Below are positions 22,164 to 32,354 of a DNA stretch of 64,000 nucleotides, piece by piece. Below the pieces are notes generated by a model that worked only from the letters and a program-made list of their open reading frames with translations, made no database searches and was not told the origin of the DNA. The translations under genes were made by a program, and so were the position numbers. The DNA is from a bacterium (GTDB taxonomy: Bacteria; SAR324; NAC60-12), in assembly GCA_965209155.1 (NCBI GenBank), contig OZ242383.1:2560001-2624000 (forward strand), in the 5' to 3' direction. Each line of letters starts with the position of its first letter. Within the stretch, counting starts at the first letter, position 1.

Positions 22164-22725
22164 AATCTCATTAAACCACCAGCTCTGCTGGTGCGAACCT
22201 AATAGGCTTTGCCGGTCAGACATGAGAAACGTATCCGTGTCCGTTAGCCGTGCTCGTGCTCGTGAACGGTCAGTGAAATCGACGGCACATTTTGGTTAAC
22301 ATAGAAACAATGCGATGAAGTAACTGTTTTCCTTCGTCAAATAAAGAAGGCTGGATGATCTTCAACACGTTTAAAACATCGAGAATAGCAGCGCATTCAA
22401 TTGCGGAACCTCGAGCAAACGCATAGAATCGTTGCTTGTCAGGAAGGGAACTTTTTCCACAGCCTTCTGCGATATTGAGAGGAATCGACCATGAGGCCCT
22501 TTTCAGTTGGTCAACTAAGGCTGAGTATCCTTTTGGCAATGTTTCGATGACTTGGACAGATAACGCTAAAAATTCGATGGAACATTGGTATACATCGAGT
22601 TTATCATGATCTAACATGGCAGCCTTTTTCGTTCACGAGCACGAGCACGTCTTACGATGACGAACACGTTTTGCCCCCATCCTGGGGGCCTCTTCAAGCC
22701 ACCGGCTCTGCCGGTGGTGATGACT
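22164..22725 (+). mobile_element. 562-bp non-autonomous IS200/IS605-like element carrying a four-helix-bundle gene (copy 1)
   Basis: Ends defined by comparing 9 copies: AATCTCATTAAACCACCAGCTCTGCTGGTG ... AAGCCACCGGCTCTGCCGGTGGTGATGACT; preceded by TAATT. Confidence 0.85.
22270..22617 (-). CDS. four helix bundle protein (23S rRNA IVP / bAvd-like)
   Basis: LDVYQ, DQLKRASWSIPLNIAEG, ARGSAxE motifs. Confidence 0.9.
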   Translation of the reverse strand: MLDHDKLDVYQCSIEFLALSVQVIETLPKGYSALVDQLKRASWSIPLNIAEGCGKSSLPDKQRFYAFARGSAIECAAILDVLNVLKIIQPSLFDEGKQLLHRIVSMLTKMCRRFH

Positions 22726-23017
22726 TATTAAATTTCAGATCGAGACACTACCAAATGTCAAGAATAATTTGAATATGCTGGGGTCGCTTATTAGAGGAAT
22801 TTCCAAGAAAAAAACACGTTTCCGGGAGGGGGGTCAGGCTTGTATTTTGGTATTTGGATACCGCCTCGAGTCATCCGGAAAGGGGGGGCAAGTATTCAAT
22901 CGTCCTTGGAATGGTATGCTTTTGGATTGGGTAGCGGGAAGGTAGTCAACCGAAGTAGTTTGTCAATCACCTTCTGGCAAATCACACTCAACTCACCTTG
23001 GACGGTTTTCTCTCAAA

Positions 23018-23258
23018 GCCCTCGCCCCGGACCGCAACGTCAACACCGCCACGGCTGCGGAAATCGTCTGGCTTTATGGGTTGCCCTTCCGGGGCAGTTA
23101 CGAATCGAGACCCTCCTCCGGGGTGGGGCTCATCGCCTGGGGTGGCGCCGAGTACGAGTATCCCCTCACGCCGCAGGCCCACTGGCTCGCCGGGGCCGAC
23201 CTGCGCCGGCAGGAACACCGCCGGCAGGAATTCAACCGCATGACGCTTTCGCTGCATA
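23018..23258 (+). pseudogene. Slam paralog internal fragment
   Basis: ESRPSSGVGLIAWGGAEYEYPLTPQAHW..RMTLSLHTG; same 5' breakpoint and ~130-bp upstream sequence as the 20150 fragment. Confidence 0.85.
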
Positions 23259-23421
23259 CTGGATTCCGGGTCGCTTCCCTGGATTCCTGGTCAGAGCCAA
23301 GAATGACATAGAAACGGGGACCGAGTATTCAATTGTCTTTGGAATGGTAGGCTTTTGGACCGGATAGCGGAAAGGTAGTCGACTGAAAAAAGAAATAGTG
23401 TCTCAGTTAGAGATCTTCGGG

Positions 23422-23628
23422 TTATTGAGTGAAAAACCAGTTTTTTGCAATGTAAATTGTGAGGACTACCGTGCCTATATTGGTTATGACAAGGCTGACC
23501 AGATACTTGATCATTCCGGTTTCAAGGTTGGAAATTTCAGTTCTCAGATTTGAAATATCTTCTTTGGTTGCGAGTCTTTCGATGATGGTTTCGATTCGGG
23601 TTACCCGGCTTTCTATTGTCATGTCCAT
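23422..23628 (-). CDS. small coiled-coil/TM protein (DUF1640-like)
   Basis: LATKEDI motif, hydrophobic C-terminus, AGGAGG RBS. Confidence 0.75.
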   Translation of the reverse strand: MDMTIESRVTRIETIIERLATKEDISNLRTEISNLETGMIKYLVSLVITNIGTVVLTIYIAKNWFFTQ

Positions 23629-23800
23629 CGTTCCTCCTGAATTGTTTCAGGTCTTGGTTGCACACAATCAAGTTTTGCATAAAATTAAAAATATGAAAAG
23701 GGGCTCGAATATTCAATTGTCTTTGGAATGGTACGCTTTCGGACTTCACGCCGCAAATGCGAATCCTGCATTATTTTGCATTTGGGGCTTGACCCTACAT

Positions 23801-24013
23801 ATCTGTGATGTCGATGATTTTTGTCAAAGATTTCTACCTTATCGCCTCTTGTTGAGAAAACGCTTCATTATTGAAACCAACAACGACCCACTGAAAAATA
23901 TTTCACAAATTGAACATTTCAGACATCGCCGTGTCAAAAACTTTATGGCTGATATACTCGCTGGTTTCATGGCTTATACCTGGCAACCGAAAAAGCCAAC
24001 CCTAAGCAAATAA
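23801..24013 (+). pseudogene. IS982 family transposase, internally deleted remnant
   Basis: ICDVDDFCQ (N-terminal) fused to [32 protein letters not shown] (C-terminal). Confidence 0.75.
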
Positions 24014-24260
24014 TATTGGCATTTATTCGCTTCAGAATCCTGCGTAAGAATGGAGTCCGTTCTTCAAGAGTGGGATTCTTTTCACCAGGTTTATTATCTA
24101 GATTTTCGATGTTAAAAGTCGCAATTCGTAACATATCTTCCATAGTCCTTTACGATTTTGGAGGGGGGCTCAGGCTTGTATATGGTATTAAGATACAAAT
24201 GGGGTCACTCATTAGAGGAATGTCCAGGTGCGACGCGGCACTTTATTCTTAAGTTCAATT

Positions 24261-24515
24261 TCAAGCAAGGACATGCCCTGTATTTCTCAAAATAATGGGT
24301 TGATCATTGACTTCTTGAATTGAGAAGATCTGATCTGAATAATTTTCTCGTCCATACCAATAAGCATCCGAGAAATTTGAGAAACATTGAATAATTTCTT
24401 TATTCTGGATTAATGCATATTCCCCAAAATTGGTTATCATCAAATTGGGAAGTTGTGTTTTGAAATATTCATAATTCTGATGTACTTCGTGATCCCTCCT
24501 CTTCCTCGTGTCCAT
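24261..24515 (-). CDS. small hypothetical protein (DUF5678-like)
   Basis: NYEYFK..L..GEYALI..EII..F..DA..G..Y..FSIQEV; paralog of 25321-25578; GAGGAG RBS. Confidence 0.65.
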   Translation of the reverse strand: MDTRKRRDHEVHQNYEYFKTQLPNLMITNFGEYALIQNKEIIQCFSNFSDAYWYGRENYSDQIFSIQEVNDQPIILRNTGHVLA

Positions 24516-24990
24516 GGTGTCCTCCTCATTTTACATTATTCTCCTTCCTCTTTAAAAAATGGCATATATTTTACCACATTGCGTCAATAAGGCATTTTTT
24601 GTGACATAATGGTGTCTAAATATATTGTAACTGTACTAAGGATTATTGTTCGTTAATCAGTTCTGCTCCAGCCTGATCAGTAGTCCGATCAGGTGCCCTG
24701 AGACCAAGTGGTTGAGTTCCTCAATATAACTCACCCCTAAGTCCCGTCTAGAATCTTGGCAATGAAATGGAATTCTCTATTGGTTACAAAATAATTCTAA
24801 ATAGTCAAGGTTTATTTTTATTTGCATTTCAGATTCAGTTTAAGACCAAAGCAACAAAATCTGCAGGGAGAGAGTCAGGCTTGTATTTTGGTATTTGGAT
24901 TCCGCTTCCCTCGTCTTGTCATTCCTGGCTCCGACCAGGAATCCAGGGTCTAATTCGATCACCTGGAAACACTCATTCGCGGGTAGTGGG

Positions 24991-25314
24991 TCAGTTTGGG
25001 GATTTGAAGGAAATAGACAGATGATTATTTGAGTATTTAAACTCTGAAAATTTTAAAAAATTCATTCCTGTTATGATATCGAAATCTAGTTTCAAACCCT
25101 TAGATGATAGGGAACAAACATCGACATCAATAAAACTATATTTTGTGTGACTTTCTGGATAGCAAATCCAAATAGAAAACATATTTGCAATGGTGGTTCC
25201 CGCAGTTCCAGCAATTTCAATTTTTCCTTTTGAAATTAGATTCAATTTTTCAGAGAGTTCTTCAGTAATACCTGAAATAGTGACTCCCGTGTCAATTAAA
25301 GCGCGGGCAACGGC
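24991..25314 (-). pseudogene. clan AA (retropepsin-like) aspartyl protease lacking its N-terminus
   Basis: ALIDTG and DIITGMNFL motifs in one frame, with a stop just upstream and no canonical start before DTG. Confidence 0.65.
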
Positions 25315-25320
25315 TCAATT

Positions 25321-25578
25321 TTAAAAGATTGCATAATCTAAAATCCCAAAACTTATTTTTCGTTTTGTAACTTCTTGTATTGAAAATACACCATCCGGAT
25401 ATTTTTTCTTCCCTGCCACTAAAGCATCTCCAGATTTATCAAAGTACCCCTTTATTTCTTGATTTTTAATTAGAGCAAATTTTCCTTCATGGTCAGTTAT
25501 TATTTCATTGAGTTTTGATTTGAAGAATTCAAAATTATCATCAACTTCTTTTTGAATCCTGTTTTTATCCATTTCCAT
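25321..25578 (-). CDS. small hypothetical protein (DUF5678-like)
   Basis: NFEFFK..GKFALIKNQEI..FSIQEV; GAGGAG RBS. Confidence 0.65.
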   Translation of the reverse strand: MEMDKNRIQKEVDDNFEFFKSKLNEIITDHEGKFALIKNQEIKGYFDKSGDALVAGKKKYPDGVFSIQEVTKRKISFGILDYAIF

Positions 25579-25673
25579 AGTCACTCCTCTACTTATTTGG
25601 ATATTATAAACATGCGTTTGTATCCCATAGTACCTATTCAATAAGTTTCATTACATCAAATTTTGTTCTTTTC

Positions 25674-26012
25674 GGGGTCAGGCTTGTATATTGGTATTCA
25701 GACACTCGCCTCGAGTCATCCCGCTACCCTCGTTCCACTCTTCTGATACAAAAAACCCGCTTCCTGGTCTGTGCCAGGAATGACACAAGGGGGGAAGGCA
25801 CAAAGGCACGAAGAGAGGCACAAAGGCACAAAGGAAGAGAGGCACAAAGGAAGAGAGGCACAGAGGCACAAAGGCACAGAGGCACAAAGGCACAGAGGCA
25901 CAAAGGGTCAAAGGCACAAAGGGGGGAAGGCATACTGGATTCCTGCGCACTACTCCCCGCTCCCTGCTTTCGCAGGGACAAGTTTAGCGGGGACAAGCTT
26001 CGCGGGAATGAC
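25674..26012 (+). repeat. mosaic repeat block (GGGGTCAGGCTTG motif, palindromes, GGCACAAA array)
   Basis: Read directly. Confidence 0.85.
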
Positions 26013-26493
26013 ATAGAAAAGGGAGACTATCCAGCTCGTAGTTTGAATTTTCCTTATTGGTTTATTTTTTTTATTTTTTTTATTTTTTTGTTGTGGCAAA
26101 ATTATTTTCAGATTGCAAAATGACCCGGTGCTGTAAAAACACTGTTTCTCAATCACCTGTATATTCTGTTGAAATGGATATTCCGATAAGAGCATTGAAT
26201 ATCAGAATTTCCAATAGTAAGGAGACTGAAACGGGATTCGATCTTGCCTATTATGAATAACCATCATACGTCCAGTCTTTCGATCACCCGTCTTCTATTC
26301 CTGCATCCTATTGATTAAACCTGGCCTGTTTCTGAGTCAAAATGGGACAAATTGTAGACAAAGGGGGCAAAATGAAAAAAATTGCGGAATTTATCAGAGA
26401 TGGAATTAAATTGGAGATAATATCAGAAGAAGAAAGAAAGGAGATTGCTCTAAAAGGTGCTGATGCGAGATTTGCTATTCAATGAGAAATTGA

Positions 26494-26877
26494 ATGAATC
26501 CCGATAAAAAAGAAGGAATTTTGAGTATATCGGAGGACGATAGCTTACTCTTCACAATTTTATTTTTCATTTTATTCACTATATTTGTGTTAATGGGGCT
26601 TTCTTCATCAAAGACAAACCTCATGCAATACTTAAAAGAACTAGGACAATATGGCGCATCGAGTGCGTTTTTGTCATTTTATTTCATTGTTTTCAAGGGA
26701 TTTATTATGTCTATCAAAGAGCTTATACAAAAACCTTTCCGGGATAAGCTTATAGAAAAAGGAAGGGTAGAAGGAAGGGTAGAATTATTGCGAGAACTCA
26801 AAGATGATGGAGTGCCCATTCCACCTAAATATGATAACCAACCAACAAAAAAAGATGAGTCTGGGGGTCAGGCTTGA
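26494..26877 (+). CDS. hypothetical membrane protein
   Basis: 127-aa ORF with two hydrophobic segments; stop lies inside a GGGGTCAGGCTTGA motif. Confidence 0.55.
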   Translation: MNPDKKEGILSISEDDSLLFTILFFILFTIFVLMGLSSSKTNLMQYLKELGQYGASSAFLSFYFIVFKGFIMSIKELIQKPFRDKLIEKGRVEGRVELLRELKDDGVPIPPKYDNQPTKKDESGGQA

Positions 26878-27156
26878 GAGTTTGGAAAATCAGCGTTGTT
26901 TTCTCTAAATCGATTTCACATTCCGTAAGTAGCCGCTTGTCTGACTGATCCATGGGAGAGAGTCAGGCTTGTATTTTGGTATTTGGATACCGCTTCCCTC
27001 GTCATGTCATTCCTGGCTTGACCAGGAATCCAGGGTTGTTTACGATTCCCTCGTTAGCCTCTTCTGAGACAAAGCACGCCACTTCCCTCGTTTTGTCATT
27101 CCTGGCATAGTCCCTCGTCATGTCATTCCTGTTCGATTTCTCTGGATTCCTGTATG

Positions 27157-27253
27157 GGGGTCAGGCTTGGAAGTTTGGAAAAATCTTTCGGGTTCACAGT
27201 CATCGATCATCCCTCGCAAAAACTGATTATTCCAAACTTCCAAGCCTGACCCC
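27157..27253. repeat. ~100 bp hairpin element (copy 3 of 3) within repeat block ~26955-27590
   Basis: Arms GGGGTCAGGCTTGGAAGTTTGGAA / TTCCAAACTTCCAAGCCTGACCCC are perfectly complementary. Confidence 0.85.
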
Positions 27254-27947
27254 GAACCAAAGGCGAGAAGAGAGGCACAAAGGCACAAAGGCACAAAGGC
27301 ACAAAGGCACAAAGGCGAGAAGAGAGGCACAAAGGCACAAAGGCACAAAGGAAGAGAGGCATACGGGATTCCTGGTCGCTTCCCTGGATTCCTGGTCTGG
27401 GCCAGGAATGACACAATACGGGATTCCGGGTCCTTCCTGATTTAGCCCCTCGCCTTGTTATTAAAGCGCAGACCGTCGTCTTGTCCTTCCTGGTTTAGTC
27501 CCTTGCCGTGTCATTCCTGCGAACGCAGGAATCCAGGGTTGTTTACGATTCCCTCGTTAGCCTCTTCTGAGCCCAATCACGTCCCTTCCCTGTCCCTGAC
27601 AAGTGGCTCGATACCTGTACGGGACGTGTCTTTAGCGATCCCTCAATGCTCCATGTGGATCTCATAGTCTCCTTGAAAGAAGCCTGTCTAACGGGTGCAA
27701 GGAATGGGAGTCGATCAAAGAAAAGACGATACGCAACTAATTTGAGTAAGAAAGATCACTGGATAGCTGTTTGCAGGAGAGCCAATCGAAGCAAAAGCGC
27801 AAAGGCAAGTTGTTCAAAAATTACTTGACAAATAATTAATAGTCATGCATTGTAGAGACTGTCCTGCCTTTTCCACTCAAACAATACGATACGTGAATGG
27901 TTCATTTTGAACCCTTATGCCCGAACTGGAATATTTCGGAGTATCTT

Positions 27948-28196
27948 ATGGAAATTACAATAGAAACGATTTATCACATGATTCAAGACATGGATCAACG
28001 ATTGAATGGAAAAATTGATGCCCTTTCAAAAGACCATGCTCAATTGTCAAAATCGGTAGCTCGATTAGAAGAAAGAGTGGATGGTGATATAAAAAGTATC
28101 AACAACCGTTTTTGGTACCTGAATTGGCTTTTTGCAGCAGTCATCGTTTTTATGATGGGTGCTGTCGGGAAGCTATTATTATTTCCGGGAACGTAA
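27948..28196 (+). CDS. small coiled-coil/TM protein, paralog of 3680-3970
   Basis: Shared DH.QLSKSV..LE and YLNWLF..VIVF motifs. Confidence 0.75.
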   Translation: MEITIETIYHMIQDMDQRLNGKIDALSKDHAQLSKSVARLEERVDGDIKSINNRFWYLNWLFAAVIVFMMGAVGKLLLFPGT

Positions 28197-28398
28197 AAAG
28201 AATGAGGAGAGGGTCAGGCATGTATATTGGTATTCAGACACTCGCCTCGAGTCATCCCGCTACCCTCGTTCCCCTTTCTTGGGAATGCTGCGCTTTCGGA
28301 ATCTTTGCAAGATGACAAACTATAAAATATCTTGACAACTCAAACAATTCCACTAAAGTTATTTTGCAAAAAAAAACGAATTACGGGAGAGGGTGAAA

Positions 28399-28659
28399 AT
28401 GAGCGAAGAAACTCTAAGAGAATTGCAAAGTCCCAAATCACTTATCCTGGAAATCATCGAGCGATTGACGAAAGCAGAGACTCGACTGGTAAGTATTGAG
28501 ACTCAATTAGAAAGTAAGGTCAACAAATCGGATCTCGCTGTCCTCCGGCAAGAAATGAAAACCGATTTTAAGGACATAGAATCCAAACAACTCAAGTGGC
28601 TCATTGGGACAATCCTGGCCTGTTTCGTTGTGCTTGGCGCCTTTCTCAAGTATTTCTGA
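28399..28659 (+). CDS. small coiled-coil/TM protein, MSDETL subfamily
   Basis: Near-identical to 16713-16973; TTGACA-16-TAAAGT upstream. Confidence 0.8.
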   Translation: MSEETLRELQSPKSLILEIIERLTKAETRLVSIETQLESKVNKSDLAVLRQEMKTDFKDIESKQLKWLIGTILACFVVLGAFLKYF

Positions 28660-28973
28660 GGAGGGGGGGCAGGCTTGTATATTGGTATTTGGATACCGCT
28701 TCCCTCGTCTTGTCATTCCTGGCTCCGACCAGGAATCCAGGGTTGTTTACGATTCCCTCGTTCCCCTCTTCTGATACAAAAACCCCGTTCCCTGTCTGCG
28801 ACTCCACCCGTTTTGGATTTATTAAGAGAATGACCTGACATCGGTTAAGTGGAGCTGTCGTATAATTAATCTCATTAAACCACCAGCTCTGCTGGTGCGA
28901 ACCTAATAGGCTTTGCCGGTCAGACATGAGAAACGTATCCGTGTCCGTTAGCCGTGCTCGTGCTCGTGAACGG

Positions 28974-29321
28974 TCAGTGAATTCGACGGCACATTTTGGT
29001 TAACATAGAAACAATGCGATGAAGTAACTGTTTCCCTTCGTCAAATAAAGGAGGCTGGATGATCTTCAACACGTTTAAAACATCGAGAATAGCAGCGCAT
29101 TCCATTGCGGAACCTCGGGCCAATGCATAGAATCGTTGCTTGTCAGGAAAGGAATTTTGTCCACAGCCTTCTGCGATATTGAGAGGAATCGACCATGAGG
29201 CCCTTTTCAGTTGGTCAACTAAGGCTGAGTATCCTTTTGGCAACGTTTCGATGACTTGGACAGATAACGCTAAAAATTCGATGGAACATTGGTATACATC
29301 GAGTTTTTCATGATCTAACAT
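28974..29321 (-). CDS. four helix bundle protein
   Basis: Near-identical to the other copies. Confidence 0.9.
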   Translation of the reverse strand: MLDHEKLDVYQCSIEFLALSVQVIETLPKGYSALVDQLKRASWSIPLNIAEGCGQNSFPDKQRFYALARGSAMECAAILDVLNVLKIIQPPLFDEGKQLLHRIVSMLTKMCRRIH

Positions 29322-29496
29322 GGCAGCCTTTTTCGTTCACGAGCACGAGCACGTCTTACGATGACGAACACGTTTTGCCCCCATCCTGGGGGCCGCTTCA
29401 AGCCACCAGCTCTGCTGGTGCGAACCTAATAGGCTTTGCCGGTCAGACATGAGAAACGTAACCGTGTCCGTGAGCCGTGCTCGTGCTCGTGAACGG

Positions 29497-29844
29497 TCAG
29501 TGAATTCGACGGCACATTTTGGTTAACATAGAAACAATGCGATGAAGTAACTGTTTCCCTTCGTCAAATAAAGGAGGCTGGATGATCTTCAACACGTTTA
29601 AAACATCGAGAATAGCAGCGCATTCCATTGCGGAACCTCGGGCCAATGCATAGAATCGTTGCTTGTCAGGAAAGGAATTTTTTCCACAGCCTTCTGCGAT
29701 ATTGAGAGGAATCGACCATGAGGCCCTTTTCAGTTGGTCAACTAAGGCTGAGTATCCTTTTGGCAATGTTTCGATGACTTGGACAGATAACGCTAAAAAT
29801 TCGATGGAACATTGGTAGACATCGAGTTTTTCATGATCTAACAT
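29497..29844 (-). CDS. four helix bundle protein
   Basis: Near-identical to the other copies. Confidence 0.9.
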   Translation of the reverse strand: MLDHEKLDVYQCSIEFLALSVQVIETLPKGYSALVDQLKRASWSIPLNIAEGCGKNSFPDKQRFYALARGSAMECAAILDVLNVLKIIQPPLFDEGKQLLHRIVSMLTKMCRRIH

Positions 29845-30133
29845 GGCAGCCTTTTTCGTTCACGAGCACGAGCACGTCTTACGATGACGAACACGTTTTG
29901 CCCCCATCCTGGGGGCCTCTTCAAGCCACCAGCTCTGCCAGTGGTGATGACTTTTAAGCAGGCAACCCTTGAAGCAAACCACTTTCAAATACATCGGATA
30001 TGGTTAAAAAATTATTGACTTATCAAACTTTAGTGGTTGAACTTTTTAAAAAAGAGTCCTTGACGAAGCTTTGAAAATACGAGACCATGAAATATCAAGT
30101 GAGACAGGATACAGTCCTTCAAAATTCAGAAGA

Positions 30134-30367
30134 ATGATGGAACCCGCAACAAAAGAGGATGTACTCCATTTAGAAAAATTAATGGACGCTCGATTTGAAA
30201 ATGTCGCAACAAAGCAAGAAGTTGCGAAAATTGCTCAAGATGTTGCAGTCATTAAAAGTATAATGGAGAACGAAAAATCGAATCGGAGGTGGTTGGTAGG
30301 GACTTCGATTGGAGCAGCAACGGTTATCGGTTCGATTTTAGGAGCATTCATTAAATTTATTCCTTGA
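30134..30367 (+). CDS. small coiled-coil/TM protein (start uncertain)
   Basis: ATKEDV and ATKQEV motifs; hydrophobic C-terminus. Confidence 0.7.
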   Translation: MMEPATKEDVLHLEKLMDARFENVATKQEVAKIAQDVAVIKSIMENEKSNRRWLVGTSIGAATVIGSILGAFIKFIP

Positions 30368-30449
30368 GAAGGGGTCACTCATTATAAGATACCGCTTCCC
30401 CTCGTTCCATTTTTTTTCAAGAGTGAACCCACTTCACCAGTCCAGCCCG

Positions 30450-30790
30450 GTGTCATTCCCGCGAAAGCGGGAATCCAGTGTATCGCCCGGTCCTCTGGAT
30501 TCCTGGTCAAGCCAGGAATGACAAAGGAGGGGAAGGCACAAAGGCACAAAGGCACAAAGGCACAAAGGCACAAAGGCACAAAGGAAGAGAGGTGCTTCCT
30601 GAAAGAACTGATAACTGATAACTGATCACTGGCGCCAAGGCGCTATGGCACAAAGGCACAAAGGCACAGAGGCACAAAGGGGGGAAGGCACTGAGGGAAG
30701 GCACAGAGGCACAAAGGCACAAAGGGGGGAAGGCACAGAGGCACAGAGGCACAAAGGCATACTGGATTCCTGGTCTGGGCCAGGAATGAC
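30450..30790 (+). repeat. mosaic repeat block with dRS3-type palindrome, 8-mer and 7-mer arrays
   Basis: ATTCCCGCGAAAGCGGGAAT at 30455-30474; GGCACAAA and CTGATAA runs. Confidence 0.9.
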
Positions 30791-30806
30791 TCGCTGAGGA
30801 ATGCGG

Positions 30807-31058
30807 TTAAAAATATTTCAAAAAAGCACCCAGGACCGCGAAGCATCCGAGAATAATCCCAAAAAGCCATTTCAATAAATGAGATTCCATTTGCTTGAAA
30901 TCCGCTTTGGTGGCCATTCTCAATTCTGCCAGATCCGCTTTGGTGGCAGCTTGAGTTTCGACTGTTTCCAGCCGGGTCTCCACTCGAGTCAATCGTTCGA
31001 TGATTTCCAGAATGAGGGACTTGGGACTTTGTATTTCTTGCAGGGTTTCATCACTCAT
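30807..31058 (-). CDS. small coiled-coil/TM protein, MSDETL subfamily
   Basis: ATKADL/ATKADF repeats; AAGGAGG RBS; same downstream sequence as the 4753 gene. Confidence 0.8.
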   Translation of the reverse strand: MSDETLQEIQSPKSLILEIIERLTRVETRLETVETQAATKADLAELRMATKADFKQMESHLLKWLFGIILGCFAVLGAFLKYF

Positions 31059-31344
31059 CGGCTCCTCCTTAATTTCAGTTCCCTTGTAACAAGCTACTAC
31101 CCAAAAACCCAAATGCCAAGATTCTTTTTCAATTCAGAATAATTCGAAATATTCCTCTGTGCCTCTCTTCACGCCTTTGTGCCTTCTCATGGATCTGAAG
31201 CGCTTCGGGAATCAAACCTCCGGCACCGATCCGGAGGTGCGCTCCTGAGGCACCGGCTCTTGCCTCGAGTCTGACACTCTGACGTTGATTTGGCGTACCC
31301 TGCCTGTCTGGAAGCCCTTCCGCGTAGAATTCAATGAATAAAAA

Positions 31345-32352
31345 ATGAATGCGGTTCGGCTTGCAAATGTGATCAAATCCATATTTTATAACGACAAGGA
31401 TGCGCTAAGTATGAGAATCCCAGGACATGGTGAATTCATGAAATGCTTAACTCGAACTCAGCTTATGACAGGAAAACGATTTCGAATCATGGTAGTCCTC
31501 TTGTTCATGGCAGGCATGGGTCACCATGCCGGTTGTTCTCGCACTCTTTCCCTGCAGGAGAAGACTGAAATCGATGCGGTGAGGGTGCAGGAAGAAAGAG
31601 GAAACCAGGAGCGGGTCTCCGAGACGCCATCTACTGCAAGCCTTTCGTCTGAAAAGGACCCTGCGACGTTGAATCATTCAGTGGAAGGGGAAGGTGAATT
31701 CATAGAGGACGAATTGGAAGATGAATTCGCAAGGGAAGACGAGATCGAAGTGGTGGACCCGCTCCGGGGTTACAACGAATTCATGACGGTGGTCAACGAC
31801 CGGATTTACTTCTGGATACTGCAACCGGCAGCGACGGGTTATCGAGCCGTATTGCCGCAGTTTATAAGGAGGGGTATTGCCCGGGCTTTCATCAACATCC
31901 AGTTTCCCATGCGTTTCGTCAACAATGCGTTGCAACTCAAATTCAAGCAGGCTGCCGGTGAAGCCGAGCGCTTCCTGTTGAATTCGACCATCGGGATACT
32001 GGGCTTCGCCGATCCTGCGGAATCGTGGTTCGGTCTGGCACTCCATCCTGAAGATTTCGGTCAGACCCTGGGACACTACGGAGCCGGTAGTGGTTTCCAC
32101 ATCGTACTGCCCTTGCTGGGGCCTTCCAACTTTCGAGACGCGCTGGGCAAGGTCACGGATCTTTACCTGCTGGACCCGGTGGGCCAATATCAAGACTCAC
32201 GCGTGGTGACCGCAGCCCGGGTGATTGAAACGGTGAATAAGACCTCCCTCGAATTGGGACAGTACGAAAGCTTGCGTAAAGATGCCATTGATTTATATCC
32301 TTTTTTGAGAAACGTCTATGAGCAAAATCGCAACAAACAGATCAAGGAGTGA
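31345..32352 (+). CDS. mlaA: MlaA/VacJ family lipoprotein (true start probably downstream)
   Basis: DPLRGYN, RFLLNSTIGILG, EDFGQTLG, LPLLGPSNFRD. Confidence 0.9.
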   Translation: MNAVRLANVIKSIFYNDKDALSMRIPGHGEFMKCLTRTQLMTGKRFRIMVVLLFMAGMGHHAGCSRTLSLQEKTEIDAVRVQEERGNQERVSETPSTASLSSEKDPATLNHSVEGEGEFIEDELEDEFAREDEIEVVDPLRGYNEFMTVVNDRIYFWILQPAATGYRAVLPQFIRRGIARAFINIQFPMRFVNNALQLKFKQAAGEAERFLLNSTIGILGFADPAESWFGLALHPEDFGQTLGHYGAGSGFHIVLPLLGPSNFRDALGKVTDLYLLDPVGQYQDSRVVTAARVIETVNKTSLELGQYESLRKDAIDLYPFLRNVYEQNRNKQIKE

Positions 32353-32354
32353 GC

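Larger units (their letters stand above)
28868..29952 (+). mobile_element. 1085-bp hairpin-fused dimer of the 562-bp element (copies 2+3)
   Basis: 523-bp period; single shared hairpin at 29403-29420; preceded by TAATT, ends TGACT. Confidence 0.85.

Noticed and set aside
22164..22725. 23S rRNA with an intervening sequence
   Set aside because: The flanks contain no rRNA sequence; no rRNA or tRNA genes were recognised anywhere in the window.
1..31100. Integron cassette array
   Set aside because: No tyrosine integrase, no RYYYAAC..GTTRRRY attC pattern, genes lie on both strands and carry their own promoters.
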